DNA of 59,487 nt, filler included. It is 5 parts of 5 records of this genome, joined end to end, with 100 filler letters (N's around TTAATTAATTAA, not from the genome) between each part and the next. Parts side by side here need not be neighbours in the genome. Positions count along the whole stretch, not along the records: positions 8,473 to 21,732 come from SRR22947727_6009; 4 more parts are not named here. One strand, written 5' to 3'. Below, piece after piece: positions 10,030 through 18,733 of the stretch. The notes below the pieces were generated by a model. That model was given only the letters and a program-made list of their open reading frames with translations. It was not told the DNA's origin and did no database searches. A program made the translations under genes and the position numbers. How positions within the stretch are numbered: the first letter of the stretch is position 1; each line of letters opens with the position of its first letter.

Positions 10030-11004
10030 CTAGGCAGCAAAACCAGCAAGACGCTTGGTAATGAGCGCGTCGGCTTCGCCCATAATACGATCCATTAGCT
10101 CTTGTACTGATGGAATATCGTAGACAAGACCTGCGACCATGCCGCATGACCAAGCGCCAGCTTCCATGGTGCCTTCCATCATGATCTTTGGATATACGCC
10201 AGCTACTTCAGCGGCAATGTCTTCAAACTTAAGATCGGCGCCCATTTCTTGTTCTTTCACCAAAAGACGCTCAACCGCTTCGTTGGTTAAAACGCGCTCG
10301 GTGTTACGCAGCGGGCGCATAACCAAACGAGTGTCTAATTCTGAAGCAGCGAGAATCGCTTGCTTAACGTTTTCGTGCACTGGCGCTTCTTTAGTTGCAA
10401 TGAAACGTGTGCCCATGTTCATACCTTCAGCGCCCATTGCGAGAGAGGCAACTAACGAGCGCGCGTCGGCCATGCCACCGGAGGCAACGAAAGGAATGGT
10501 TAGCTCATCCGCTGCTCTAGGTAACAAAATGAAGTTAGGAATATCGTCTTCTCCAGGGTGCCCGCCACATTCAAAACCGTCTACAGACACAGCGTCACAG
10601 CCAATGTCTTGAGCTTTCAGCGCGTGTCTGACTGAGGTGCACTTATGGATAACTTTAATGCCCGCCTCTTTTAACTGAGGCAACCATTTCGCCGGGTTGT
10701 TTCCCGCGGTTTCTACCGCTTTCACGCCACTTTCAATAATGGTGTTAACCAACCCAGGATAATCAGGCGGTGTAAGTGAAGGCAAAAAGGTCAAGTTAAC
10801 GCCAAAGGGCTTGTCGGTCATTTCCCGGCAGCGCGCAATTTCATTAGCCAATTTTTCTGGTGTGCCTTGAGTTAGACCAGTGATAATGCCCAAACCGCCG
10901 GCATTTGAAACCGCCGCCGCCATCTCTGCCAAGCCAACATAATGCATGCCCCCTTGGATAACCGGATGCTCAATACCAAAAAGTTCCGTAATTCTTGTCT
11001 TCAT
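10030..11004 (-). CDS. nitronate monooxygenase / FabK-like FMN oxidoreductase
   Basis: PVIQGGM, VSNAGGLG, PFGVNL, DGFECGGH, ASGGMAD, MGTRF. Confidence 0.9.
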   Translation of the reverse strand: MKTRITELFGIEHPVIQGGMHYVGLAEMAAAVSNAGGLGIITGLTQGTPEKLANEIARCREMTDKPFGVNLTFLPSLTPPDYPGLVNTIIESGVKAVETAGNNPAKWLPQLKEAGIKVIHKCTSVRHALKAQDIGCDAVSVDGFECGGHPGEDDIPNFILLPRAADELTIPFVASGGMADARSLVASLAMGAEGMNMGTRFIATKEAPVHENVKQAILAASELDTRLVMRPLRNTERVLTNEAVERLLVKEQEMGADLKFEDIAAEVAGVYPKIMMEGTMEAGAWSCGMVAGLVYDIPSVQELMDRIMGEADALITKRLAGFAA

Positions 11005-11114
11005 AATGTTACCTCGTAAAATAAAAAACTAGGGTGCAACGACCCTTAACTCCAACCCAATCTGTGCCCTCGACTGGCACTTTTTAGCCAGAGTCCACAG
11101 TTTGCGCGACGCAG

Positions 11115-11144
11115 ATACTGACGAATAGCCCCGCAACCTGTCAA
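11115..11144 (-). promoter_or_regulatory. candidate sigma70 promoter for the NMO-thiolase unit
   Basis: Minus strand TTGACA-N18-CAGTAT about 110 nt upstream of the ATG. Confidence 0.4.
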
Positions 11145-11192
11145 CAGATGCCGAGAAACAAGCACCCACCCACCCTTAACAAATTGCCTAAA

Positions 11193-11240
11193 TGAGCGGC
11201 TTGATAGACGGCTTAATGATCGGCCTGAGGGACAGCTTAA
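11193..11240. repeat. degenerate 12-nt tandem repeat
   Basis: TGAGCGGCTTGA / TAGACGGCTTAA / TGATCGGCCTGA / GGGACAGCTTAA. Confidence 0.55.
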
Positions 11241-11252
11241 AAAGACCTCACG

Positions 11253-12665
11253 CTAAAGCTTCAGCCTAGCCGCCAGTAATGGCAGGTGCTGTCGCCCTTG
11301 AAAGGGCTCGGTGCCAATAAAATACGTTGGACTCATCGAGACACCCAGCGCTTGGGCCTGACTCTCAGCAGCTTCTAAAGCGGCCAAACCAGCACTCGCT
11401 GCAAACTCAGAAAAGCCATCCACCGAGAGACCCAAACCTTCAAGAACGCCTGCAACGCTGGCTGAAGAATCAATATCCTCTTGCTGCTGCCAAAAGCGGA
11501 GCAAAATGGCTTCAACATAATCATCTATATTCACATCCTGTCCTTGTGCGGCAAGTGCCTTGGCCCAAGCCAAGCCAAGCGCCGGAGCGCTGGAGCGCTC
11601 TGCGACATACAGGTCTTTCAGTGCATGGGGGGCGTAGCGTTGTATATCTTGACCCACATAAGTGCCACGAATACGACGGTGCATTGCGCCACGGCCCTCA
11701 CCGTCTACCCAAGAGGCAGGTTGACGCAGTGGCTGGCCTTGGAAAAAGTGCCAATCCAATGCAATGTTTTGGCGCTCCGCCATAGCCCGCGTCCCCGCCA
11801 AGGCCAGATAACTTTGCGGCGCTTTGACGTCTATATACACAGGCAATGTCGAATCGGTTGGCGCTTCAGGATCTGCCATGATCTGATCACCATCATCCAG
11901 CTCGTAGGCTACATCTGGACGCTCGCCTACTTGACCGCGCAAATACCAACGAATGAGCGGCAAGTGCTCGCGACCAAAAAATTTCTGCGCAGCGACGCTC
12001 GCCTCGTTGTCGTTACCTGTTTCTCCAGCCATGGCTTCATTTGGCAATATATATGTCGGCACGCCATAAATACCGGAATCAAATGCGTGCATCTGAAACT
12101 GCGCATTGGCTTGTAGCCCGGGCCCTGCTGCGTAGTCTCTGAAACCTTCAACATTTGCCCCCACATCTATCAGCACTTGCTCAACCGCGTCTATGTCTTC
12201 GGCGTCGAACTCGCGCCGCCAAAATGGTGCATAAACAGCGTCGATATATTTTTCCATCAGGCTGTTTGGGGCGCACTGTTGCTGCAAGCTCTCTTGCTGC
12301 TTGACCCACCACCAGCCAACAGCTGGCAAATCTGTATTCCAAATTTTAACGGTGCCGCGAATTGTCATACCTTTTAAATTGGCGTAACGCCGGCAATCAA
12401 AATAGGCATATTTCACACCAGACCACTGCTCTTTGCTGCGGCTTTGCTCGGCGACTTTGCCGCCTTTATCCAGTTTTGCAGTGCCTAAATAACTACCAAT
12501 GTCCAAAACAAATGGCCGCCAATCTGCGACAACACCCAGTTCCGCCAGCATTTTTCGGGTTGGCTCAACCGCTAGGTAGGCATAAGGACTCTTAAAATCT
12601 AGGTAGATGATGAGGGGCACTTGAGCGTCAGTAGAGCTAGCGACCGGGCATTTCAGGGTATTCAT
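11253..12665 (-). CDS. tandem two-domain DsbA / HCCA-isomerase (kappa-GST-like) protein
   Basis: Domain 1 YLDFKSPYAYLA...GIYGVPTY...FFGREHL; domain 2 YIDVKAPQSYLA...GVSMSPTY...FQGRQHL. Confidence 0.8.
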   Translation of the reverse strand: MNTLKCPVASSTDAQVPLIIYLDFKSPYAYLAVEPTRKMLAELGVVADWRPFVLDIGSYLGTAKLDKGGKVAEQSRSKEQWSGVKYAYFDCRRYANLKGMTIRGTVKIWNTDLPAVGWWWVKQQESLQQQCAPNSLMEKYIDAVYAPFWRREFDAEDIDAVEQVLIDVGANVEGFRDYAAGPGLQANAQFQMHAFDSGIYGVPTYILPNEAMAGETGNDNEASVAAQKFFGREHLPLIRWYLRGQVGERPDVAYELDDGDQIMADPEAPTDSTLPVYIDVKAPQSYLALAGTRAMAERQNIALDWHFFQGQPLRQPASWVDGEGRGAMHRRIRGTYVGQDIQRYAPHALKDLYVAERSSAPALGLAWAKALAAQGQDVNIDDYVEAILLRFWQQQEDIDSSASVAGVLEGLGLSVDGFSEFAASAGLAALEAAESQAQALGVSMSPTYFIGTEPFQGRQHLPLLAARLKL

Positions 12666-12680
12666 TATTCTTTTCCAACT

Positions 12681-12746
12681 TCTGTCGTTTAGATTTGTCT
12701 TTTAGATCTATTATTTAGATCTGTCTTTTTAAATCTATGGTTTAAG
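12681..12746. repeat. degenerate 13-nt tandem repeat x5
   Basis: TCTGTCGTTTAGA / TTTGTCTTTTAGA / TCTATTATTTAGA / TCTGTCTTTTTAAA / TCTATGGTTTAAG. Confidence 0.8.
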
Positions 12747-12784
12747 GCTATCGCCCACAAGTTTTTCCACTGAAATTTTTTCTA

Positions 12785-12904
12785 GCAAAATGCTCTTATC
12801 CAAAACTTCTTTTGTGCAGAGTGCTTTTTACAAACTGCTTTTTTACCAACTACGTTGTGCAAACTACTTTTTGCAAAAAGAATGCAAAAAGAATGCAAAA
12901 AAAG
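12785..12904. repeat. degenerate 14-16-nt repeats grading into an 11-nt repeat
   Basis: GCAAAATGCTCTTAT, GCAGAGTGCTTTTT, ACAAACTGCTTTTTT, GCAAACTACTTTTT, then GCAAAAAGAAT x2 and GCAAAAAAAG. Confidence 0.65.
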
Positions 12905-12933
12905 CGCCAAACAAAACCATTCCACTCAACCCC

Positions 12934-15159
12934 TTAAGGTGCGTCCCCGGGGCGATATGCGCGCAGTAAGTTTTGCTGCAAAGCAGCTTCACTGAACCAA
13001 GGATCATGGAGTATCTCCCGAGCATAATCTCCGGCTTGGTCAGCGTAGTGAGGCGACGTTTCATCCAACGTTGCACTGCCAAATTGATGCACGCCTTCAA
13101 CTGTTAGTGCGCCCGCTGCGTCCCACTCTACCAAATAATACAGCCCATCTCCGGCCACGTTGGTCAAATAACCCTCTTCATCTAAACCGCGCCCATAAAT
13201 GGCGCGTAAAATATCCGGCCCACCCGCCACAGGTAAATTAAGATCACCGCGAACGTGTCGATTCACTTCACCCCAAGGCGGATCCATACGCCCCACAGCT
13301 TTTTCTAACCCAGCTATGCAGTTGTCCAATATTTCGCTGATCTCCACCTTACCGTCCTCATGACGATTCGCTTTCGGTTGTGCAGCTAAAAATACACAGG
13401 TACCCATAGCCGTGCTGGTGTTGGCTAAATCTGTACCCAAATCCCAAGCAGCCAAAATTTTCTGCGCCTGTTTGCGTTTTGGGTCAGTAAAATCCACTTC
13501 TGCAATTTGCCCTAAGTAGGCCACGTAGTCGGTATTAGGCGAATAAAATTTATCATGCTTAATCGCTGAAAATTCATCCTTGCTGATTATTGGACCGAGA
13601 GACTGAAAAAGCTCCAAGCCGCGCACCGCTCGATTAGTCATGTCCATCTGAAAACCATGGCCCGGGGCGTAGTCTTCAATTTTTACGTTATCGGCCTGCG
13701 CAGTGACATTAAAGGGTGTTTGATTGGCGCTGTGTACATAACCCGAGGCAGGATTGATAACCTGAGGCAACCGCGAAAAAGGTAGGTTTTCTTTCCAGAT
13801 TAAGGATGAGTCATCACCAGGCAAATAAAGCGACCAGTCGTAACGCTGATTGCGCTTAGGTGTTAGGGAATTATGCAAAAACATAATGTTCCCTTCTTTA
13901 TCTGCATAGACAAAATTAAAACTCGCAAAGGCCTGCAACGACATTGCCTCACGCCACTGTTCAAAATTGGTCGCAAGGTTCATGCGGTACCACTGCTCAA
14001 CCTGCCTAAGCTCGCCCATTCCTGCATAACGCACCGCATAAGTGCCGTGGTCTGTACGCAAAGCAGGGCCATGTTTAGAGGCCAGCACTTCCTGAGTAAC
14101 CGTCCATGGGAAAAAGCCCCACAAGCGAATTTCAATATCTACCTCGCTGACGATTAAATCCTGCCACTGTCCGTCTAACCGATATTGGTTTTGATTATTG
14201 GGGTTAATCTCCAGCACAAAAACATCTACCAGATCAGGATTGTTTACCGTTGCGCCCCAAGCCAAATTTTCGGTAAAACCAACGCTCACCATAGGCGCTC
14301 CCGGAAACAGACCGCCCATCACATTTAGGCCTTTGGCACTTTTCAGATGCGCCTCATACCAAGCAACCGGACCCGTGGTAGGCTGATGAGAATTAATCGC
14401 CAATCGGGTTGCGCCTTCAGCAGAAATTTTAGGCGCTATGGCAAAAGCGTTAGAACCAATAGGCACACCGCCAATAGAAATCTCACTAGGGGCTTGCTGC
14501 AATATAGCCGGTGGCTCAAACAAAGGTTCCGCTTCTTCTGCGCGATCAAGCAATGACTCAATAGCCGCAGGTCTAATGATTTCGCTCACGGCTTTTTGTT
14601 GAGTGGGTTTGGTCAACTCTTTGATAGTGCCTTCAAAACCATAAAAGAGCAGATGGCGGAGCATAAATCCAGCTACCACATCTTGCCCCGACACAGGCAG
14701 AATGCGTTCATCCACTTGATCAGGGTGAGTGGCCGCATAATAGTTAATGCCGTCTGCGTAGGCCTCAACATAGGCCCTTACATCCGGGCTTATATCCCAT
14801 CGATAATGTGCATCAATTGTTGCCCAAAGGCCCAGCCATTTCACAAGATAGTCTGTAACCGCGCCATTTTGACCGGTATATAGCGCGCTATTACCTCGGT
14901 AAAAGGGCATTGAATCTTCTATCAACTGCCAATTGTCTTCGGCCTGAGCAAAGGCAAAGCCGAAAGCAACATCAGGGTTAGTGCCGCCCAAAATATGCGG
15001 CACACCACGCGTATCTCGGCGGATTGTCACTTCATACTGATCAGCCAAATGTAAATAATCATCTGCCTCAAAGCTTGCCACCTGCCAGCCATAGCCAACC
15101 CAAGCGGTTAAAACCACTACAACCGCAGCAAATCCACGAACAACCAACGTTTTAATCAC
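12934..15159 (-). CDS. penicillin/cephalosporin/AHL acylase family Ntn hydrolase, N-terminally anchored or exported
   Basis: IRRDTRGVPHI, AQAEDN, GSNAFAI (beta-chain Ser nucleophile), INSHQP, WYEAHL, SANQTP, SPHYADQ; GGAGG RBS 5 nt before GTG at 15159. Confidence 0.88.
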   Translation of the reverse strand: MIKTLVVRGFAAVVVVLTAWVGYGWQVASFEADDYLHLADQYEVTIRRDTRGVPHILGGTNPDVAFGFAFAQAEDNWQLIEDSMPFYRGNSALYTGQNGAVTDYLVKWLGLWATIDAHYRWDISPDVRAYVEAYADGINYYAATHPDQVDERILPVSGQDVVAGFMLRHLLFYGFEGTIKELTKPTQQKAVSEIIRPAAIESLLDRAEEAEPLFEPPAILQQAPSEISIGGVPIGSNAFAIAPKISAEGATRLAINSHQPTTGPVAWYEAHLKSAKGLNVMGGLFPGAPMVSVGFTENLAWGATVNNPDLVDVFVLEINPNNQNQYRLDGQWQDLIVSEVDIEIRLWGFFPWTVTQEVLASKHGPALRTDHGTYAVRYAGMGELRQVEQWYRMNLATNFEQWREAMSLQAFASFNFVYADKEGNIMFLHNSLTPKRNQRYDWSLYLPGDDSSLIWKENLPFSRLPQVINPASGYVHSANQTPFNVTAQADNVKIEDYAPGHGFQMDMTNRAVRGLELFQSLGPIISKDEFSAIKHDKFYSPNTDYVAYLGQIAEVDFTDPKRKQAQKILAAWDLGTDLANTSTAMGTCVFLAAQPKANRHEDGKVEISEILDNCIAGLEKAVGRMDPPWGEVNRHVRGDLNLPVAGGPDILRAIYGRGLDEEGYLTNVAGDGLYYLVEWDAAGALTVEGVHQFGSATLDETSPHYADQAGDYAREILHDPWFSEAALQQNLLRAYRPGDAP

Positions 15160-15348
15160 CAAAACCTCCGACGGGTAATTGTTTAAAAATATAGTTCTTT
15201 TACTTTGTATTTTTCTATATTCGACTGGACTCTGCCCAGTATTGAGGGGCGAAGAGACTGCCACAAGGTCTATGCGCTTTAAAGACCCTCAAACATTTCG
15301 CGCAAGCGGCATAACGCAGCGCCCAACTTTCTAAAAACACCATTGTCC

Positions 15349-15384
15349 TTGACTTCTCAAGCCCTAACCCTCAATGTGCGCGCC
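15349..15384 (+). promoter_or_regulatory. candidate sigma70 promoter with GC-rich discriminator for rhlE
   Basis: TTGACT-N17-CAATGT-GCGCGCC. Confidence 0.5.
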
Positions 15385-15520
15385 GCGAGACACAGTCTCG
15401 CACCGCCCTCTCCAGCATACTGCTGGTTAGCGAACATCAACAAGCCGACCCCACCTAGATGCCGTCAATCGAAATCCTTCGACTCAGGCATGTGAGAGTG
15501 TTTGCTTACCAGGAAAAAAT
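15385..15520 (+). ncRNA. structured 5' leader (putative cis-regulatory RNA) of the RhlE-like helicase
   Basis: Hairpins GCGAGAC-ACA-GTCTCGC and CCAGCA-TAC-TGCTGG; long stem 15423-15437/15498-15512; inner ATGCC/GGCAT and TCGAA/TTCGA stems. Confidence 0.55.
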
Positions 15521-17101
15521 ATGACTAATGGAGTTTTTGCAGACCTAGGCCTGCACGATAGCTTTTGCCAAACCGTAACCGACTTAGGTTTCACCCAACC
15601 CAGCGATATTCAAAAAGCCGCGATCCCAGACGTTCTTGCAGGTAAGGACCTTCTAGGCATAGCACAAACTGGCACAGGTAAAACCGCCGCTTTTGGCTTG
15701 CCCTTATTACAAAATTTGATTAAGGCCGCAGCTGTTGATACCAGCAAAATGCGCGCTACACCACGGCACCCTAGAGCGCTCATTCTGGCACCCACCCGAG
15801 AGTTGGCCATTCAAATTCATGAAGAGCTAGGCAAACTTGCCGGCGTATCAAAAATGAATTTTGCCTGCGTCATTGGCGGCGTTAACCAAAACCCACAAGT
15901 GAAGAAACTGCGCATGGGCGTAGACATACTCGTTGCGGCCCCAGGACGCCTTTTAGACCTAATGAATCAGGGCCACGTTAATCTCAGCGAAACCAAATTC
16001 TTAGTCCTAGACGAATGTGATCGTCTGCTGGACATGGGCTTCATTCCAGATGTGCGAAGAATTGTTGGCGCAATGCCAAAGCAACGACAAACGCTATTAT
16101 TCTCTGCCACCATGCCTACGGAAATCGGCAGATTGGCGAAAGAAATTTTGCACGAACCCGTAAAAGTGGATGTTTCACCCAAAGAGGTCACGGTAGCCAA
16201 AATTGATCAGCGCGCAGTCATGGTCAGCACGCCCAACAAGCGAGTTGTGCTAGAGCACCTGCTCCGCGACAAAGATTTGGTCAGAGCCATTGTTTTCACA
16301 CGCACCAAACACGGGGCCAACAAAGTTGCGAAACAACTTAATGGCGCAGGGTTTGTTGCTGAAGTCATTCACGGCAACAAGACTCAGGCCGCCAGACAAC
16401 GCGCGCTAGAAAATTTCAAAAAAGGTAATTCATGGATTTTGGTTGCCACAGATATTGCAGCCCGAGGCATTGATGTCAGCGATGTATCCCATGTATTTAA
16501 TTATGAACTGCCCCACGAACCTGAAAGTTATGTACACCGTATTGGTAGAACTGCGCGAGCAGGCGCCACTGGTATTGCTTGGGCACTTGTTGACGCCGCT
16601 GAGATCAGTCGACTACGCGCAGTTGAACGCTTAACGAAACGCAAAGTTGATGTCGTTAAGCTTGATATAGAATTACCTAACAAACAGTCCCAACCTGCGG
16701 ATGACGACGACCGAGGGGAAAGACGCCAAGGCCAGCAACGCAGCCGTAGATCTGGGCAAGGTGGCGGACAGGGCCAAGGTAACGGTCAAGGGCAAGGTAA
16801 CGGTCAAGGGCAAGGAAACGGGCAACGCAGCAGGCGCAGAAGCAGTGGTAAGCCGGGACAAGGCGACAATTCTTCAGCGCATAAAGAAGGCAACCGTAGA
16901 AGCAGCGAGGCTCAATCTCAACGCCCAAGCAATGCTACAAACAGCCGCAGCAAAAACACCAGCAACGGCAATACCCTGAACAGCACCAACGAAAACGTTA
17001 ATCCATACGGTCGCGTTGGACCTCGGGCGGGCTCAAGTAGTGACGGTGGCAGCGGCGGCGGTGGTACACCAAGAAGAAGACGCAACCCTCAGTCCCGCTA
17101 G
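15521..17101 (+). CDS. rhlE: DEAD-box RNA helicase, RhlE-like, with DECD motif II and a low-complexity C-terminal tail
   Basis: Q motif, AQTGTGKT, PTRELA, DECD, SAT, ARGID, HRIGRTARAG; G/Q/N/R/S-rich tail. Confidence 0.85.
   Translation: MTNGVFADLGLHDSFCQTVTDLGFTQPSDIQKAAIPDVLAGKDLLGIAQTGTGKTAAFGLPLLQNLIKAAAVDTSKMRATPRHPRALILAPTRELAIQIHEELGKLAGVSKMNFACVIGGVNQNPQVKKLRMGVDILVAAPGRLLDLMNQGHVNLSETKFLVLDECDRLLDMGFIPDVRRIVGAMPKQRQTLLFSATMPTEIGRLAKEILHEPVKVDVSPKEVTVAKIDQRAVMVSTPNKRVVLEHLLRDKDLVRAIVFTRTKHGANKVAKQLNGAGFVAEVIHGNKTQAARQRALENFKKGNSWILVATDIAARGIDVSDVSHVFNYELPHEPESYVHRIGRTARAGATGIAWALVDAAEISRLRAVERLTKRKVDVVKLDIELPNKQSQPADDDDRGERRQGQQRSRRSGQGGGQGQGNGQGQGNGQGQGNGQRSRRRSSGKPGQGDNSSAHKEGNRRSSEAQSQRPSNATNSRSKNTSNGNTLNSTNENVNPYGRVGPRAGSSSDGGSGGGGTPRRRRNPQSR
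16754..16825 (+). repeat. in-frame 18-nt tandem repeat x4 (GQG[G/N]GQ)
   Basis: GGGCAAGGTGGCGGACAG / GGCCAAGGTAACGGTCAA / GGGCAAGGTAACGGTCAA / GGGCAAGGAAACGGGCAA. Confidence 0.9.
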
Positions 17102-17177
17102 CAACCAGCAGTTGGATTCGGGTTGGCTAGACGGCTTTGTTTCGGCCCTCAACCCAGTCCGGGGCCGGCCTCAAAAA

Positions 17178-17236
17178 GGAACCCAGTCCGGTCTGCAAAA
17201 AAGACCGGGACCGGTCTGTAAGAAAGACCGGGTTCC
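17178..17236. repeat. twin-hairpin palindromic element between convergent helicase genes
   Basis: CCGGTCT-N7-AGACCGG twice (17188-17208, 17211-17231), enclosed by GGAAC/GTTCC. Confidence 0.8.
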
Positions 17237-17257
17237 AGATGCGCCAGCACTTTTAAC

Positions 17258-18682
17258 TTAGCCCACACCCCGAGCGCGATACTGACGACCCTTAATCTTA
17301 GCGCCGTTCAACAAATTCAATGCCGCTGGCGTGGCGTCACGCCGGATAGCCACATAAGTTAAATTGTCCATCAAATCTATTTTTCCAACCGCACTGCCCG
17401 GCACTGTTTTATCTGCGGTGAGAGCGCCCAATATATCTCCGGGACGCAGTTTGCTGCGTCTACCACCATTGATTTCAACAGTGTAAACACCGGGGCGGCG
17501 CAAGCCCTCACCCTCTTCGTCTGCATCTAACACATCCGGCAAATCAGCGGGCACCTCCCAAAGTTGCATGGCTTTGCCCTCAGAAAATTCTTCTACTGCG
17601 CTCAGCCGAGACATCTCTCGGTCTGCGACTAAACTAATGGCGATACCGCGCTTACCCGCTCTGGCCGTGCGCCCAATGCGGTGCACGTAGACCTCAGCAT
17701 GAGTGGGTAACTCAAAATTAAAGACACCGTCGACGTTATCAATGTCCAAGCCCCGGGCGGCCACATCTGTGGCCACCAAAACGTTGGCACTACCATTCGC
17801 AAAGCGCACCAATGTTTGATTGCGCTCAAACTGCTCCAAATCGCCATGCAACGCTACAGCGTCTAAACCAGCAGCAATCAATGTTTCGCAAACTTGGGCA
17901 CAGTCGATCTTGGTATTACAAAAAACTAGGTTCAACGCCCCACCCCAAACTCGCATGGCGGCCAGCAGAGGCTTAACGCGATCATATTGATCTACTGGTA
18001 ACCAATACTCACCAATAACCGGCTTGTTATCGCTTTGGGTGACATTGATATGAATCGTATCCTTGCCCATGACTCGGCGAATAGATTTCACCCCATCTGG
18101 ATAGGTCGCGGAAAAGAGTAGGTTCTGCCGAGTGGGTGGCATGTAACTGAGAATTTCTTGAATCTCATCCTCAAAGCCCATATCCAACATACGATCTGCT
18201 TCGTCTAGCACCAATGTGTCTATGCTCAAAAGATGCAGTGTCTGTTTATTCAGGTGCTTAAGCACTCGACCAGGCGTACCGACAATAATATGGGCGCTGC
18301 GCGACAGTGAGCCAATCTGAGGGCCCAGGGGCACACCACCACACAGGGTGAGCACCTTGGTATTACTGATTTTGGCCGCCAAGGTGCGCACAGTTTGAGC
18401 CACTTGTTCTGCCAACTCTCGGGTAGGACACAAGATCAAGGCCTGCACATGGAAAGCTTTACTGTCTATCTTTTGCAAGCAACCCAAGGCAAATGCGGCA
18501 GTTTTGCCACTGCCCGTGCTCGCCTGTGCAACGACATCTCGTCCTTCCAGTATCTTCGGCAGCGCAGCAGCTTGCACTGCTGTCATGGTGTTGAATTTAA
18601 TCACTTCCAACTGAGTTTGTAGCTCGTCACGAAGCGCCAGGCCGGTAAATTTATCCGGCAAAATATATTGGTTTTCTGTCAT
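17258..18682 (-). CDS. dbpA: 23S rRNA-dependent DEAD-box helicase
   Basis: ASTGSGKT, LCGGVPLGPQ, DEAD, HRIGRT, C-terminal GGRRSKLRPGDILGAL RNA-binding domain. Confidence 0.92.
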   Translation of the reverse strand: MTENQYILPDKFTGLALRDELQTQLEVIKFNTMTAVQAAALPKILEGRDVVAQASTGSGKTAAFALGCLQKIDSKAFHVQALILCPTRELAEQVAQTVRTLAAKISNTKVLTLCGGVPLGPQIGSLSRSAHIIVGTPGRVLKHLNKQTLHLLSIDTLVLDEADRMLDMGFEDEIQEILSYMPPTRQNLLFSATYPDGVKSIRRVMGKDTIHINVTQSDNKPVIGEYWLPVDQYDRVKPLLAAMRVWGGALNLVFCNTKIDCAQVCETLIAAGLDAVALHGDLEQFERNQTLVRFANGSANVLVATDVAARGLDIDNVDGVFNFELPTHAEVYVHRIGRTARAGKRGIAISLVADREMSRLSAVEEFSEGKAMQLWEVPADLPDVLDADEEGEGLRRPGVYTVEINGGRRSKLRPGDILGALTADKTVPGSAVGKIDLMDNLTYVAIRRDATPAALNLLNGAKIKGRQYRARGVG

Positions 18683-18733
18683 CGCGGAAGTATAGGGCGT
18701 AGCCGCCTAATTCCCAGTGTTTTAAGCAATTAC

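Noticed and set aside
11074-11090. Sigma54-like TGGCAC...GC site
   Set aside because: GG-to-GC spacing is 9 nt rather than the required 10
12681-12904. Possible CRISPR array
   Set aside because: Units are 11-16 nt, degenerate and contiguous, with no unique spacers and no cas genes; the same applies to 9971-10027 and 17178-17236
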